A stretch of DNA of 64,000 nt from Dehalococcoidia bacterium (GCA_965232435.1 CBDDPU010000004.1:240974-304973), one strand, 5' to 3'. Positions 27,291 through 35,191 are shown, counted from the stretch's first letter. The notes: a model not told the origin generated them from the sequence alone. Made by a program: numbers and translations.

Positions 27291-27869
27291 TTAGCTTTGG
27301 TGGTCACCTGAATATGAGTCCCATGATTGTAATGATTTCGGGTGCAGGCCGATCGACTTCGACCACCCTTTTTGTTTCTGTTTCATACCTACTTGAAAGT
27401 AAGTCTGGCCCTTTTTAAGCCCACTCACAGACACCTGGATACCTTTAGCAGTGTTATATGTGCTCTTCGCCGTATTTATGGTTTTCTTTGCAGTAGCACT
27501 AACAACACGTGGAGTAGACTTCACTGCCTTGTATGCGGCTTTCGCAACCCGTGAAACGTGGGAACACATGGCAACACAGGTTCTAACCACCGCACAAGGG
27601 ATGCAGGCCTTCCTGATCTCAATTGACGAGACTCCAAAATGGGAGGACGAGTTGTAGCTCGTAGGGGATGTTGATTCATAGCCATAAGCATGAGCAACAT
27701 CGAAATTCTCTGAAACGTGAGACACTAAGGATGCCACTGCTAGGGTGAGTATCGGCATAACCAAGGAAAACATGATGACATTACGTATACGGAACAAACT
27801 AATGTACGCATGAGTTGATTGGGTTACTGGTTCGTTATGATTTGCAATCATAACTTCTCCCATTGGCAT
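27291..27869 (-). CDS. Hypothetical membrane-anchored or secreted protein (up to 192 aa), with a Cys cluster and a Lys-rich tail
   Basis: Hydrophobic segment MFSLVMPILTLAVASLVSHV with a possible AHA cleavage site, a CIPCAVVRTCVAMC cluster, and a basic repetitive tail (AKKTINTAKSTYNTAKG). The start codon is uncertain. It is co-oriented 75 bp upstream of the 248-aa ORF. Confidence 0.45.
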   Translation of the reverse strand: MPMGEVMIANHNEPVTQSTHAYISLFRIRNVIMFSLVMPILTLAVASLVSHVSENFDVAHAYGYESTSPTSYNSSSHFGVSSIEIRKACIPCAVVRTCVAMCSHVSRVAKAAYKAVKSTPRVVSATAKKTINTAKSTYNTAKGIQVSVSGLKKGQTYFQVGMKQKQKGWSKSIGLHPKSLQSWDSYSGDHQS

Positions 27870-28167
27870 TCAGGTTGACTGATATCCGGGCGAATCGCTG
27901 TCCGCGTGTCCAACGGGACTTCAGCAACTGAGTTCATCAAGAAACCGTTCTTCACGTACGTCAAAGAACAGTTGCATACATTCCGTCACTTGGCAACCCC
28001 TGGCTGACTTTATCCGGAATTCCTCAATACAGCATGGTAGAGAATATGCGCTGCTTGTGGACGCCGGATTGGTCGATCCGAGCGGTAAGACTCTCTACGG
28101 AAGAAGGCAGGAGGTTGCGGGAGCTATCAACTATATTGTTGAGAGGGCGAGAGAAACCGCGCTTTAG

Positions 28168-28386
28168 TCTCCCCCTCTCCCATGAGAGAACGAGCCTGCC
28201 CGGTATTTGACACAAGAGCTGGGGTGGGCGTGAAACTCCAGGCGTAGTAGAGTATGGGCAGGCGACCTCCACAAGGGCATCACTGCCCGCTTTCATCAAG
28301 ACGTTTCTTAACTCACCGGCCCCCTACCTGATACGGGGACGAACGGGATAATCACATTACGTTCGTGGTGAGCTTGTCGAACCACG
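28168..28386. repeat. Cluster of family-3 and family-2 dispersed repeats
   Basis: CCCCCTCTCCCATGAGAGA...CTGCCCGGTATTTGACA...GGGGTGGGCGTGA is a variant of the 45929 element. CGTTCGTGGTGAGCTTGTCGAACCACG (28360-28386) is the family-2 core. Confidence 0.65.
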
Positions 28387-28440
28387 AAAATCAGGTCTGA
28401 TGTATGTCACATCAATGGAAGGAACTCGCCATTCAGGACG

Positions 28441-28485
28441 CTAGTCGTCGACGCCGTGCGCCTGGAGGTAGTCGAGAGCCGCTTG
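28441..28485 (-). repeat. Displaced duplicate of the last 14 codons plus stop of acpP (att-like direct repeat)
   Basis: 42 of 45 nt are identical to 29292-29336 by manual alignment. It still reads [14 protein letters not shown]-stop on the minus strand, against [14 protein letters not shown]-stop in acpP. Two of the three differences are synonymous. Confidence 0.75.
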
Positions 28486-28565
28486 CCACTTTCATCAAGA
28501 CGTTTCTTGACTCACTGGCCCCATTGGCTTGATAATGGAGCGTAACTGCGGATGGAGCACGCCTG

Positions 28566-28793
28566 ATGGTTGCGTCAAGAGAGAAGTTTTCCAGCCAAGC
28601 TTCGCCGGACCTATTGGCCGCGATGCGAGAAGTTGCCCAGAATGAGGGGCGCCACTTTCAAGCTGTGCTGGAAGACGCCATGCGCGAGTACCTTGACAAC
28701 AAAAAACGACAGAACGTCCGTCCCGAGGTGATGGCCCATTTCCATGCCAGCCTCGAGAGAAACCAGCGCCTCTATGAGCTGCTCTCGCAGTGA
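28566..28793 (+). CDS. Antitoxin of the Doc module (ribbon-helix-helix-like, 75 aa)
   Basis: A small ORF immediately upstream of doc, overlapping it (GTGA). The segment SPDLLAAMREVAQNEGRHFQAVLEDAMREYL looks like an RHH/CopG DNA-binding fold. Confidence 0.6.
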   Translation: MVASREKFSSQASPDLLAAMREVAQNEGRHFQAVLEDAMREYLDNKKRQNVRPEVMAHFHASLERNQRLYELLSQ

Positions 28794-29176
28794 GTCGTGA
28801 ATTCCTCTCTGTTGAAGAGGTTGTCGCCATTCATGACGCCCTGATCCATGAGACCGGCGGCATGATGGGCTTACGTGAAGTGGGCGCGTTAGCCTCCGCC
28901 GTTATGCGTCCACAGATCGGCTACTATGACGGCATCATTGAGGAGGCTGCCGCCCTCCTGGAAAGCCTCACCGTGAATCATCCCTTCGTGGACGGCAACA
29001 AGCGTACCGCCTTCGCGGTCACCGACGCCTTCCTCCGCATGAACGGCAGCCTCATCGATTGTGACAGCGAAGAGACCTACCGATTCTTCATGCGGCTCTT
29101 CAAGAACAACGCATTCCGATTCGCTGAGCTTCGTGAGTGGCTGGAGAACCACGTCAGGCCACTGCCGACGCCCTGA
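28790..29176 (+). CDS. doc: Doc (death-on-curing) / Fic-family toxin
   Basis: Fic/Doc motif HPFVDGNKRTAF. The 128-aa size and the N-terminal LSVEEVVAIHD...GG..G.R are typical of Doc. Confidence 0.85.
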   Translation: MSREFLSVEEVVAIHDALIHETGGMMGLREVGALASAVMRPQIGYYDGIIEEAAALLESLTVNHPFVDGNKRTAFAVTDAFLRMNGSLIDCDSEETYRFFMRLFKNNAFRFAELREWLENHVRPLPTP

Positions 29177-29291
29177 CCACCTTGTCGCAGATGAGGAGGA
29201 AAGGGGATCCTCTCACGAAAACCAACGGGCAGGTCGCGTTCGACCCGCCCGTGTGAAAAGCGTCGGGTGATAAACCGTCGATGCGCCGTCT

Positions 29292-29549
29292 CTAGTCGCC
29301 GACGCCGTGGGCCTGGAGATAGTCGAGAGCCGCTTGGACGGTGGTTATAGACTCGGCGTCCTCATCGGAGATTTCAAGGGGGTTGTCATCGTCTCCGAAC
29401 TCCTCCTCGAATGCCATGATCAGTTCAACCAAGTCAAGCGAATCGGCATTCAGATCCTCGGTGAATGACGCGTCGGGAGTAACCTCCTCGGGGTCAACGC
29501 TCAGCTTGTCGGCGACGACTTCCTGAACTCGTTCCAAGAGACTTGCCAT
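29292..29549 (-). CDS. acpP: Acyl carrier protein
   Basis: [20 protein letters not shown] contains the phosphopantetheine-attachment DSLD motif. 85 aa. Confidence 0.9.
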   Translation of the reverse strand: MASLLERVQEVVADKLSVDPEEVTPDASFTEDLNADSLDLVELIMAFEEEFGDDDNPLEISDEDAESITTVQAALDYLQAHGVGD

Positions 29550-29569
29550 AATCTATTCCTCCCTATTCG

Positions 29570-30046
29570 TCATTCGTCCGTTGATGCGGTCTTCGACGTG
29601 TCTTCCTGTTCTCTGTCGTTCATCACGGCCCCAAGGACGCCGTTGACGAACATCGGCGACCGGTCGGCCCCGTATATCTTACCAAGTTCCACGGCCTCGT
29701 TGATAACGACCTTCGGCGGGGTTTCACCCGCCTTCACAATCTCGTAAATGGCCACCCGCAATATATTGCGGTCCACCATCGCCATCTGCTCGATGGGCCA
29801 ATTCGGCGCGTGCGTCGATATTATCTTATCGATTTCCCGCCTGTTGGCAAGTACTCCATAGACCAGTTTCCGCGTAAAGCCCCCCGCCTCCGCCGCAACC
29901 GCCGCATCATCGAGCCGCGTCTGCAAGGCGTTTGCGACTTCATGATCCGAACCGTCGACCTCATACAGTGCCTGAACGGCGATTACGCGGGCCTTCCGGC
30001 GGTTGACGGCCTTGCTCGGCGCCTTTAGCCCAGCGTCGGAAATCAT
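29570..30046 (-). CDS. nusB: Transcription antitermination factor NusB
   Basis: RRKARVIAVQALYEVD...NWPIEQMAMVDRNILRVAIYEI...VVINEAVELGK. The start is taken at the ATG at 30046 because the longer ORF overlaps fabD. Confidence 0.85.
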   Translation of the reverse strand: MISDAGLKAPSKAVNRRKARVIAVQALYEVDGSDHEVANALQTRLDDAAVAAEAGGFTRKLVYGVLANRREIDKIISTHAPNWPIEQMAMVDRNILRVAIYEIVKAGETPPKVVINEAVELGKIYGADRSPMFVNGVLGAVMNDREQEDTSKTASTDE

Positions 30047-30051
30047 GGAAA

Positions 30052-31011
30052 TCAGTTGCGGCTGAGCCGCAGAATCGAATCCCAGTCTCCGACTGCCTGC
30101 ACGTCCGCCCGGCGATTGATCCGCTTGACCATCCCGCTCAATACCCGCCCCGGGCCAACCTCGATGAACCGGTTCACGCCGGAACCCATCATGTAATCGA
30201 CCGACCGGCTCCAGTGCACGCAGTTGCATATTCCGGCGATGAGCTCTCGCTTGACCTCTTCGCCCCTTGTCACCGGCTTAGCCGTGCAGTTGGCGACGAT
30301 GGGAATCGAAGGATCCTTGAATTTGAGGCTCTCGACGGCGTCAATCAACCCCGCCTGCGCCGGCTCCATCAGAGGCGAATGAAACGCCCCCGCCACGCGC
30401 AGCGGCACGGCCTTCTTGGCCCCGCGCGCGTTTGCCAGGTCAAGCGCGTTCGCCAAAGCGCGACGCTCACCGGCAATGACGATCTGATCGGGCGTGTTCA
30501 CCGTGGAGATCACGGCGCCGGTCTCGCGGCATATCTGCTCAAGCGTCATCGCATCCAGTCCCATGACAGCCGCCATAGCGCCGGACTGCTTTTCGCACGC
30601 CTCCTGCATCAGACGCCCGCGCTCCTGCACGAGCCATGCCGTCTCGCCAATGTCCAGGACGCCCGCGACTGCCAGGGCCGTATACTCGCCGAGACTGTGC
30701 CCCGCCACTAATGCCGGGCGAGGCGTCGCATCCGCCCCCAAGTGGTCCTGCATGGCCCGCATGGTCGCCAAACTCACCGTCATAATCGCAGGCTGCGCGT
30801 TCACCGTCTGACGCAGCGTGTCGTCAGGCCCCTCGAACAGAAGCCGCGTGAGCGAACGACCGAGCGCCATGTCAACCTCGTGGAAAACTGAGCGCGCCGC
30901 GCCGGAGTTGTTGTACAACTCCTCGCCCATGCCAACGCTCTGCGTCCCCTGTCCCGGAAACAAGAACGCTGTATCAGTCCCCCTTCTCGGAGGAGAAAAT
31001 CGCAAGGTCAA
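30052..31011 (-). CDS. fabD: Malonyl CoA-ACP transacylase
   Basis: FLFPGQGTQ and GHSLGEY (active-site Ser) motifs. There is no ATG near the N-terminus. A TTG at 31011 with AGGAG 7 nt upstream is proposed, so the 404-aa ORF is an over-extension across rpmF. Confidence 0.88.
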   Translation of the reverse strand: MTLRFSPPRRGTDTAFLFPGQGTQSVGMGEELYNNSGAARSVFHEVDMALGRSLTRLLFEGPDDTLRQTVNAQPAIMTVSLATMRAMQDHLGADATPRPALVAGHSLGEYTALAVAGVLDIGETAWLVQERGRLMQEACEKQSGAMAAVMGLDAMTLEQICRETGAVISTVNTPDQIVIAGERRALANALDLANARGAKKAVPLRVAGAFHSPLMEPAQAGLIDAVESLKFKDPSIPIVANCTAKPVTRGEEVKRELIAGICNCVHWSRSVDYMMGSGVNRFIEVGPGRVLSGMVKRINRRADVQAVGDWDSILRLSRN

Positions 31012-31021
31012 CCGCCGTCTC

Positions 31022-31222
31022 CTATTCGACTTCGCTCTCCTCGCTTGGGATAATCTCCCGCCCGTTATAATACCCGCACGCGCCGCAAACGTGATGCGGA
31101 CGCACTTTACTCGGGCATTCGGGGCAATCCACCATCGTCGGAACGCTGAGGAACAAATGCGCCCCCCGCTTCCCACGACGGGAACGTGAATGTTTCTTCT
31201 TCGGTACCGGTCCGCCTGGCAT
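31022..31222 (-). CDS. rpmF: 50S ribosomal protein L32
   Basis: PKKKHSRSRRGKRGAH and a zinc-ribbon CPEC...CGAC. 66 aa. Confidence 0.9.
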   Translation of the reverse strand: MPGGPVPKKKHSRSRRGKRGAHLFLSVPTMVDCPECPSKVRPHHVCGACGYYNGREIIPSEESEVE

Positions 31223-31304
31223 AGCTGTTCAGTCCTTCTCGGCCCCACCAGCCGACGTACCCTCAAAAGGTTCGCCCGCAGAGCCGATATCGGTCAAGGT
31301 GTTC

Positions 31305-31844
31305 TTAGTTCTTCCTTAAGTTCGTTGTTCCAATCGAAGGCATCGCATCCAACAAAGGCCCCCATCGGCTGTCCCGCTGTAACTGGTCACACCCGCAAGA
31401 CTCATTGTTTCGGTTGACGCCGCACCCCGCGCACAGACCGGCGCAGTCTTTCCGACACAATGGAAGCATGGGCAGACCGAGCGATATGTACTGGCGGACC
31501 GTCTCCGCCAAATCGAGAACGTGCTCCTCGTCAATCACGAGGTTCTCCTCCGGATCCAGGTCATCGAGCAGCCTTTCCCCGCTCACCAGGTCGAACTGCG
31601 GAATCGCCTCCTCATCGATGGTTATCTCCACCGGCTGCACATAGGATCCAAGACACCGTCCACACTCCGATTCAACCTGCGTGTCCAGAAACGCGGTAGC
31701 CCAAACCCCTTTATCGGTTCTGATAAACCGCGCGCTGCCTCGAACCTCCACCAATTCGCCGCGAAACGTCAGGCGATCTTCAACCGCGTGCTGCCGCGTC
31801 GAACCGCCGGCCTCTCGGACAAGCTGTGAAACGTTAAAGCGCAT
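31305..31844 (-). CDS. yceD: YceD/DUF177 family protein
   Basis: Conserved position upstream of rpmF. C-terminal Cys motifs CRKDCAGLCAGCG..C.C. Confidence 0.8.
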   Translation of the reverse strand: MRFNVSQLVREAGGSTRQHAVEDRLTFRGELVEVRGSARFIRTDKGVWATAFLDTQVESECGRCLGSYVQPVEITIDEEAIPQFDLVSGERLLDDLDPEENLVIDEEHVLDLAETVRQYISLGLPMLPLCRKDCAGLCAGCGVNRNNESCGCDQLQRDSRWGPLLDAMPSIGTTNLRKN

Positions 31845-31892
31845 AATCCCCTTACGAAATCAAGCAGGCCCGTATAGCCCGGAAGCTGTGCT

Positions 31893-31922
31893 ATTGTAGG
31901 GATAACCGCTTCACGGCGTCAA
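31893..31922 (-). promoter_or_regulatory. Candidate sigma70-type promoter for yceD-rpmF-fabD
   Basis: The minus strand reads TTGACG, an 18-nt spacer, then TACAAT. The -10 box ends about 48 nt upstream of the yceD ATG. Confidence 0.4.
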
Positions 31923-31956
31923 GATTTTCAAGGCTGCCCCACGAACTGCGCTGACC

Positions 31957-32295
31957 CTACGCGCAGCCTGTAGCAATTGCGACCGCCGGGCAGACTTCGA
32001 CCATCTTCGATTCGCTTATTGACCCTATGTAGCGACGCAACTGTTGCTTCTGAACGGACTGGATATGGTCGCAGTTGATCGGCGAGTCGTTCTTGAGGCC
32101 CTCGTCCACACCGACAATGACCTCGCTTGGCAGACCGCGAATCGTGGAGTTTATCGGCGCCACAATCGCGGCGCTGAGCAGCGGGAGCACTTCCGAGCGC
32201 GTCAACACCACAACCGGCCGACGCTTGTCGGGCGGGTTGAACCGGTAGAGCCAGACCTCTCCCCGGCGCGGCCCAGTGTCTAATCCTCCAACCAT
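31957..32295 (-). CDS. mazF: MazF/PemK-family toxin (endoribonuclease)
   Basis: RRGEVWLYRFNPPDKRRPVVVLT...VAPINST...SPINCDHIQSV is the typical PemK/MazF pattern. 112 aa and apparently intact. Confidence 0.8.
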   Translation of the reverse strand: MVGGLDTGPRRGEVWLYRFNPPDKRRPVVVLTRSEVLPLLSAAIVAPINSTIRGLPSEVIVGVDEGLKNDSPINCDHIQSVQKQQLRRYIGSISESKMVEVCPAVAIATGCA

Positions 32296-32360
32296 ACGGC
32301 TTGGTCAGCCCAGCCCTTAAGTTCGTCGTCTATGGCAGGGTCGCTCCGATATCCTGATCG
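32280..32360 (-). pseudogene. C-terminal remnant of an RHH antitoxin (toxin-binding tail), overlapping the mazF start
   Basis: The minus-strand frame reads RSGYRSDPAIDDELKGWADQAVWLED-stop, preceded by an in-frame TAG. The acidic, Trp-containing tail and 16-nt overlap with the toxin start are typical of antitoxin 3' ends. Confidence 0.45.
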
Positions 32361-32613
32361 CTAACATCTTGCGCAGCATGGCTATTAGCTTCCATGAGAT
32401 AAGCCCCAATATGGTTCGTATATGCGCCGCGCAATTTCCGTCACACGAAAACCCATAGCCATTAGGGTATCTAGTAGCATTCTAAACTCTACGGACTGGG
32501 GAAATGTCCCTAACATTTGCACTTCGTTTTTGTCATCCATTGAAAGCGCTTCTTTGGCTTCTAACTACGAAAACGCCCGACACTAGTGGAACGCCGGGCA
32601 TCAATGCAAAATA

Positions 32614-32964
32614 CTACAAATTGTTTCTGTAATTTGGCCGTTTGCGATAGGCCTGCTGTAGTTGCAACCGTAGGTTCTTTGCCGTGTTGGATTCTATTGC
32701 AGCCTGAAAATCAACAACTGCCTCATCAAGGCGTTCAATCCATTCAACAATCGCAATGCTCACATCTTCAATATCCGAAAAGTACTCCATTAGATCATCG
32801 TAAAAGTCCCATATTTCTTCTATTGTGGTACATGTAAGATCTAAAACCTCATGCGGATCATTGGAAGCATCATTAACATTCTTTCCAATACTCTCAATCA
32901 TTTGCATGTACTTATTGTGTAGCTTGATGTTATTTGGCATTATATCTACTTTCCTAGCGTTCAA
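32614..32964 (-). CDS. Hypothetical acidic helical protein (116 aa) in strongly AT-rich DNA
   Basis: It is the only sizeable ORF in the AT-rich block of about 32361-33030. It is very acidic (DDLMEYFSDIEDVSIAIVEWIERLDEAVVDF). No family recognised. Confidence 0.45.
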   Translation of the reverse strand: MNARKVDIMPNNIKLHNKYMQMIESIGKNVNDASNDPHEVLDLTCTTIEEIWDFYDDLMEYFSDIEDVSIAIVEWIERLDEAVVDFQAAIESNTAKNLRLQLQQAYRKRPNYRNNL

Positions 32965-32972
32965 TTACCGCA

Positions 32973-33155
32973 TTAAGTGTATTTACAATTTCTTGCTGTG
33001 TACAATCCTCTGTATCGTACCACAACAGTAGTGACTCTTTGCCAATAACCTACCGCCTCCTGCAGCACTGCGGAACGACCTCGCTCACGGACGGCGGGAT
33101 GCCGGTCGAACCTCTCCAAAATCGACTGGTCGAACTCGACGCGGATGGTCTTCAT
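32973..33155 (-). CDS. Ribbon-helix-helix (CopG-like) antitoxin N-terminal domain with a foreign C-terminus
   Basis: MKTIRVEFDQSILERFDRHPAVRERGRSAVLQEAVGYW is a canonical RHH pattern. The last 20 or so codons run into AT-rich sequence of different composition. Confidence 0.55.
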   Translation of the reverse strand: MKTIRVEFDQSILERFDRHPAVRERGRSAVLQEAVGYWQRVTTVVVRYRGLYTARNCKYT

Positions 33156-33260
33156 GCGCCAACACTACCACACCGGAAACACCCCCAGCATATCCGACCC
33201 AATCGCTCGACGGCTCATCCACAACCGCACTCACCCAAACCGGACGCCAACGCGATGCCC

Positions 33261-34337
33261 CTACCCGCTCCCATCGAGATACGCCTTCACGATATTGATC
33301 ACGAGGGCCACGTCCTCCCCCGCGGCGAGCAGCGGAGACCTCGGCGTCCTTCCGTTCACGATGCAGTCATGAAAATGGCGCAGTTCCCGGCGGAATGGAC
33401 TCTCCCAGTCCAAGGCCGGCTCCTTCGCAATCGTCGCCCCGTTTGGATCGATCTCGTGGATCCTCACCCGCGCCACCTCACGCGAAAAGCCCGTCGGGTA
33501 CGACACGATAACCCGCTTCCGGCTTCCGTACACCTCAAGCGTCTCGTAGAAATCCCACAGATCGGGCAGATCGATCCACGACGCCACACAGCGAAAACCG
33601 TGCGTATATTCCAACGTCGTCGATATAGCCCCGCCATCCTGCCATATCTCCGCACTCACAACCCTGACCGGCGGCCCGAACAGATCGCGCAGCCCGTACA
33701 GATCATGAATCATGCTCCCCGCAATCGTGCCGAACGCGCGGACGGCCTCAGGCGGCGCGTCACCTATCGCCTGGCGAACTGCCACGCGACGGGCCTCAAC
33801 CGCCCTTTCTCTCACTTCTGCCGGTATGTCGGAAAATGACCTCGTCCTAAACTGGCCAACGTGCAGGTCGTTATCCGGGTGCAAATGATTCACCTGCACG
33901 AACCGAATATCGGACATCCCCTCGATCTCCCGTTTGGCCGTTTCGTATGCCGGCTCATACAGCTTCATATAGCCCGCCTGCGCCACCGTGCCCGAACGAC
34001 GCGCCGCCTCTTCGATCTCAGCGAACTCCTCCTTCGAGTAGCAAACCGGCTTCTCGACAAATACGTGCTTCCCCGCCTCAAGCGAAGCAACCACAGCCTC
34101 CGTCTTCGGATCGTAGTGGCAGAGCAGCACGGCATCGACATCGGCCTCCAGCATAGCCCGATAGTCGGTGAATCCGCGCGGCACGTGAAACAGCCTCGAC
34201 GCATACTCGACCGCCGACGGCGACGCGTCGCAAACGGCCACAACCTCGAACTCCTCCGCCAACTCCGTCAAAAAAGGCAAGTGGTGAATCTGGGCAATCG
34301 CCCCGCACCCAACAACGCCTATACGAACTCGCTCCAT
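33261..34337 (-). CDS. Gfo/Idh/MocA-family oxidoreductase
   Basis: The N-terminal Rossmann segment RIGVVGCGAIAQIHHLP and the EKP motif (VFVEKPV). Confidence 0.85.
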   Translation of the reverse strand: MERVRIGVVGCGAIAQIHHLPFLTELAEEFEVVAVCDASPSAVEYASRLFHVPRGFTDYRAMLEADVDAVLLCHYDPKTEAVVASLEAGKHVFVEKPVCYSKEEFAEIEEAARRSGTVAQAGYMKLYEPAYETAKREIEGMSDIRFVQVNHLHPDNDLHVGQFRTRSFSDIPAEVRERAVEARRVAVRQAIGDAPPEAVRAFGTIAGSMIHDLYGLRDLFGPPVRVVSAEIWQDGGAISTTLEYTHGFRCVASWIDLPDLWDFYETLEVYGSRKRVIVSYPTGFSREVARVRIHEIDPNGATIAKEPALDWESPFRRELRHFHDCIVNGRTPRSPLLAAGEDVALVINIVKAYLDGSG

Positions 34338-34346
34338 CTCACTCCC

Positions 34347-34982
34347 CTACGTCCGTCCCACGCGCGGCGCGATATCGTTCCAAAGATCCGCCAATTCCGC
34401 CGACCGCCGATAAACCTCGAACAGCGCATCCCAAATATCACTCCGCGCCGCGGACGCCGAACCGATATCACCCCGTGCCACGGCCTCCGTCAGCGCCTCC
34501 GCTTCATCTCGTTGCCGAACGCCCGCAAGTTCCGCCGCCTCTCGAACCGAATCAGTCGCCGCCGTCAACCGACCGAGCATCTCCGCCAACGAAGTCGTCG
34601 TATCCGTCTCTTCATCATAAGCCGATGCAGGGGCGAAGCGATGCGGCAGCCGCTCCCCTTCCGGCGTCCACATCGTATGAGTCGGCTGAATATGCGGCGT
34701 CACCGAAAGATACATCGTCATCGGCTGATCACCCAGCACGCGCAGCGAATGCAGCTGATCCACCAACGCGACGCACATCTGACCCGGCCCCACCTCACCC
34801 GTCTCGCCGGCAATCGTGAACTCCGCCCGACCTTCCAGCACCAAAAAGATCTCATGCCCCAAATCGTGCGAATGCGGCTCTGCCGCCTCCCCGAGCTCCA
34901 GCCGCATAAACCGCGACCGAATCTGCGGCGTCACCAACACATTCCGCACATCCGCCCGATAATCATAAACCCGCAGCGCCAT
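34347..34982 (-). CDS. Cupin-domain protein
   Basis: Cupin motifs HSHDLGHEIFLVLEG and GPGQMCVALVDQLHSL, followed by a helical C-terminal extension. Confidence 0.7.
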   Translation of the reverse strand: MALRVYDYRADVRNVLVTPQIRSRFMRLELGEAAEPHSHDLGHEIFLVLEGRAEFTIAGETGEVGPGQMCVALVDQLHSLRVLGDQPMTMYLSVTPHIQPTHTMWTPEGERLPHRFAPASAYDEETDTTTSLAEMLGRLTAATDSVREAAELAGVRQRDEAEALTEAVARGDIGSASAARSDIWDALFEVYRRSAELADLWNDIAPRVGRT

Positions 34983-35043
34983 ACATCCACCCTCCAGTCA
35001 AATGCTCTCATCGTCGTTTCGGCGAAGGGAAATCTTTGCATAC

Positions 35044-35147
35044 CCATGGTCAGGCTGTCCAACCCGTTCATGGTTCGACAAGCTCACCATGAACGGCGCT
35101 TGGGCGCTATCCCCTCTCCCGTCGTGAGAGAGGGTGAGGGTGAGGGC
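35044..35147. repeat. Adjacent family-2 and family-3 dispersed repeats
   Basis: CCATGGTCAGGCTGTCCAACCCGTTCATGGTTCGACAAGCTCACCATGAACGG is followed by ATCCCCTCTCCCGTCGTGAGAGAGGGTGAGGGTGAGGGC. Confidence 0.75.
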
Positions 35148-35191
35148 GAACGAGTGACGGATGACAGGTAGGGGCGGTTCGCGAACCGCCC

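Noticed and set aside
26137-27869. The idea that the ABC ATPase remnant and the Cys/Lys-rich secreted protein are a decayed bacteriocin export/immunity locus.
   Set aside because: The genes are convergent and not co-oriented. The ABC fragment is too short to classify, and there is no leader-peptide, protease or modification-enzyme signature. I kept it only as a remote possibility under the orphan-cassette finding.
28495-28830. A 111-aa minus-strand ORF overlapping the Doc antitoxin.
   Set aside because: It is antisense to the RHH antitoxin, which is supported by its coupled position with doc. It also starts within the 34-bp direct repeat.
29570-31011. nusB located between fabD and acpP with fabG missing, as a possible rearrangement signal.
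   Set aside because: The gene order shows no compositional break or repeats at the junctions. It is likely a lineage-specific native arrangement and cannot be evaluated without comparative genomes.
30052-31266. The 404-aa version of fabD. Similar N-terminal over-extensions occur at 29570-30229 nusB, 38039 FG-GAP, 36480-38141, 40661 ftsH, 50443 MFS, 57348 S9, 61250 thrC, 24919 thrB, 54097 ligase, 13908 yraN and 15282 DUF503.
   Set aside because: The extensions overlap upstream genes or lack homology-like sequence. Internal starts with Shine-Dalgarno-like sequences, or ATGA/GTGA coupling, give products of canonical length.
33861-35171. A 436-aa plus-strand ORF. Similar long antisense ORFs occur at 6230-7468, 8476-9648, 19838-20881, 36645-38201, 42594-43409 and 52313-53167.
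   Set aside because: Each is antisense to a gene with clear family motifs (Gfo/Idh/MocA plus cupin, ilvC, ilvB, FtsX permease, the TIM-barrel-like protein, M42 and M24). Each has the R/P/H/Q-rich composition of GC-driven stop-free frames.
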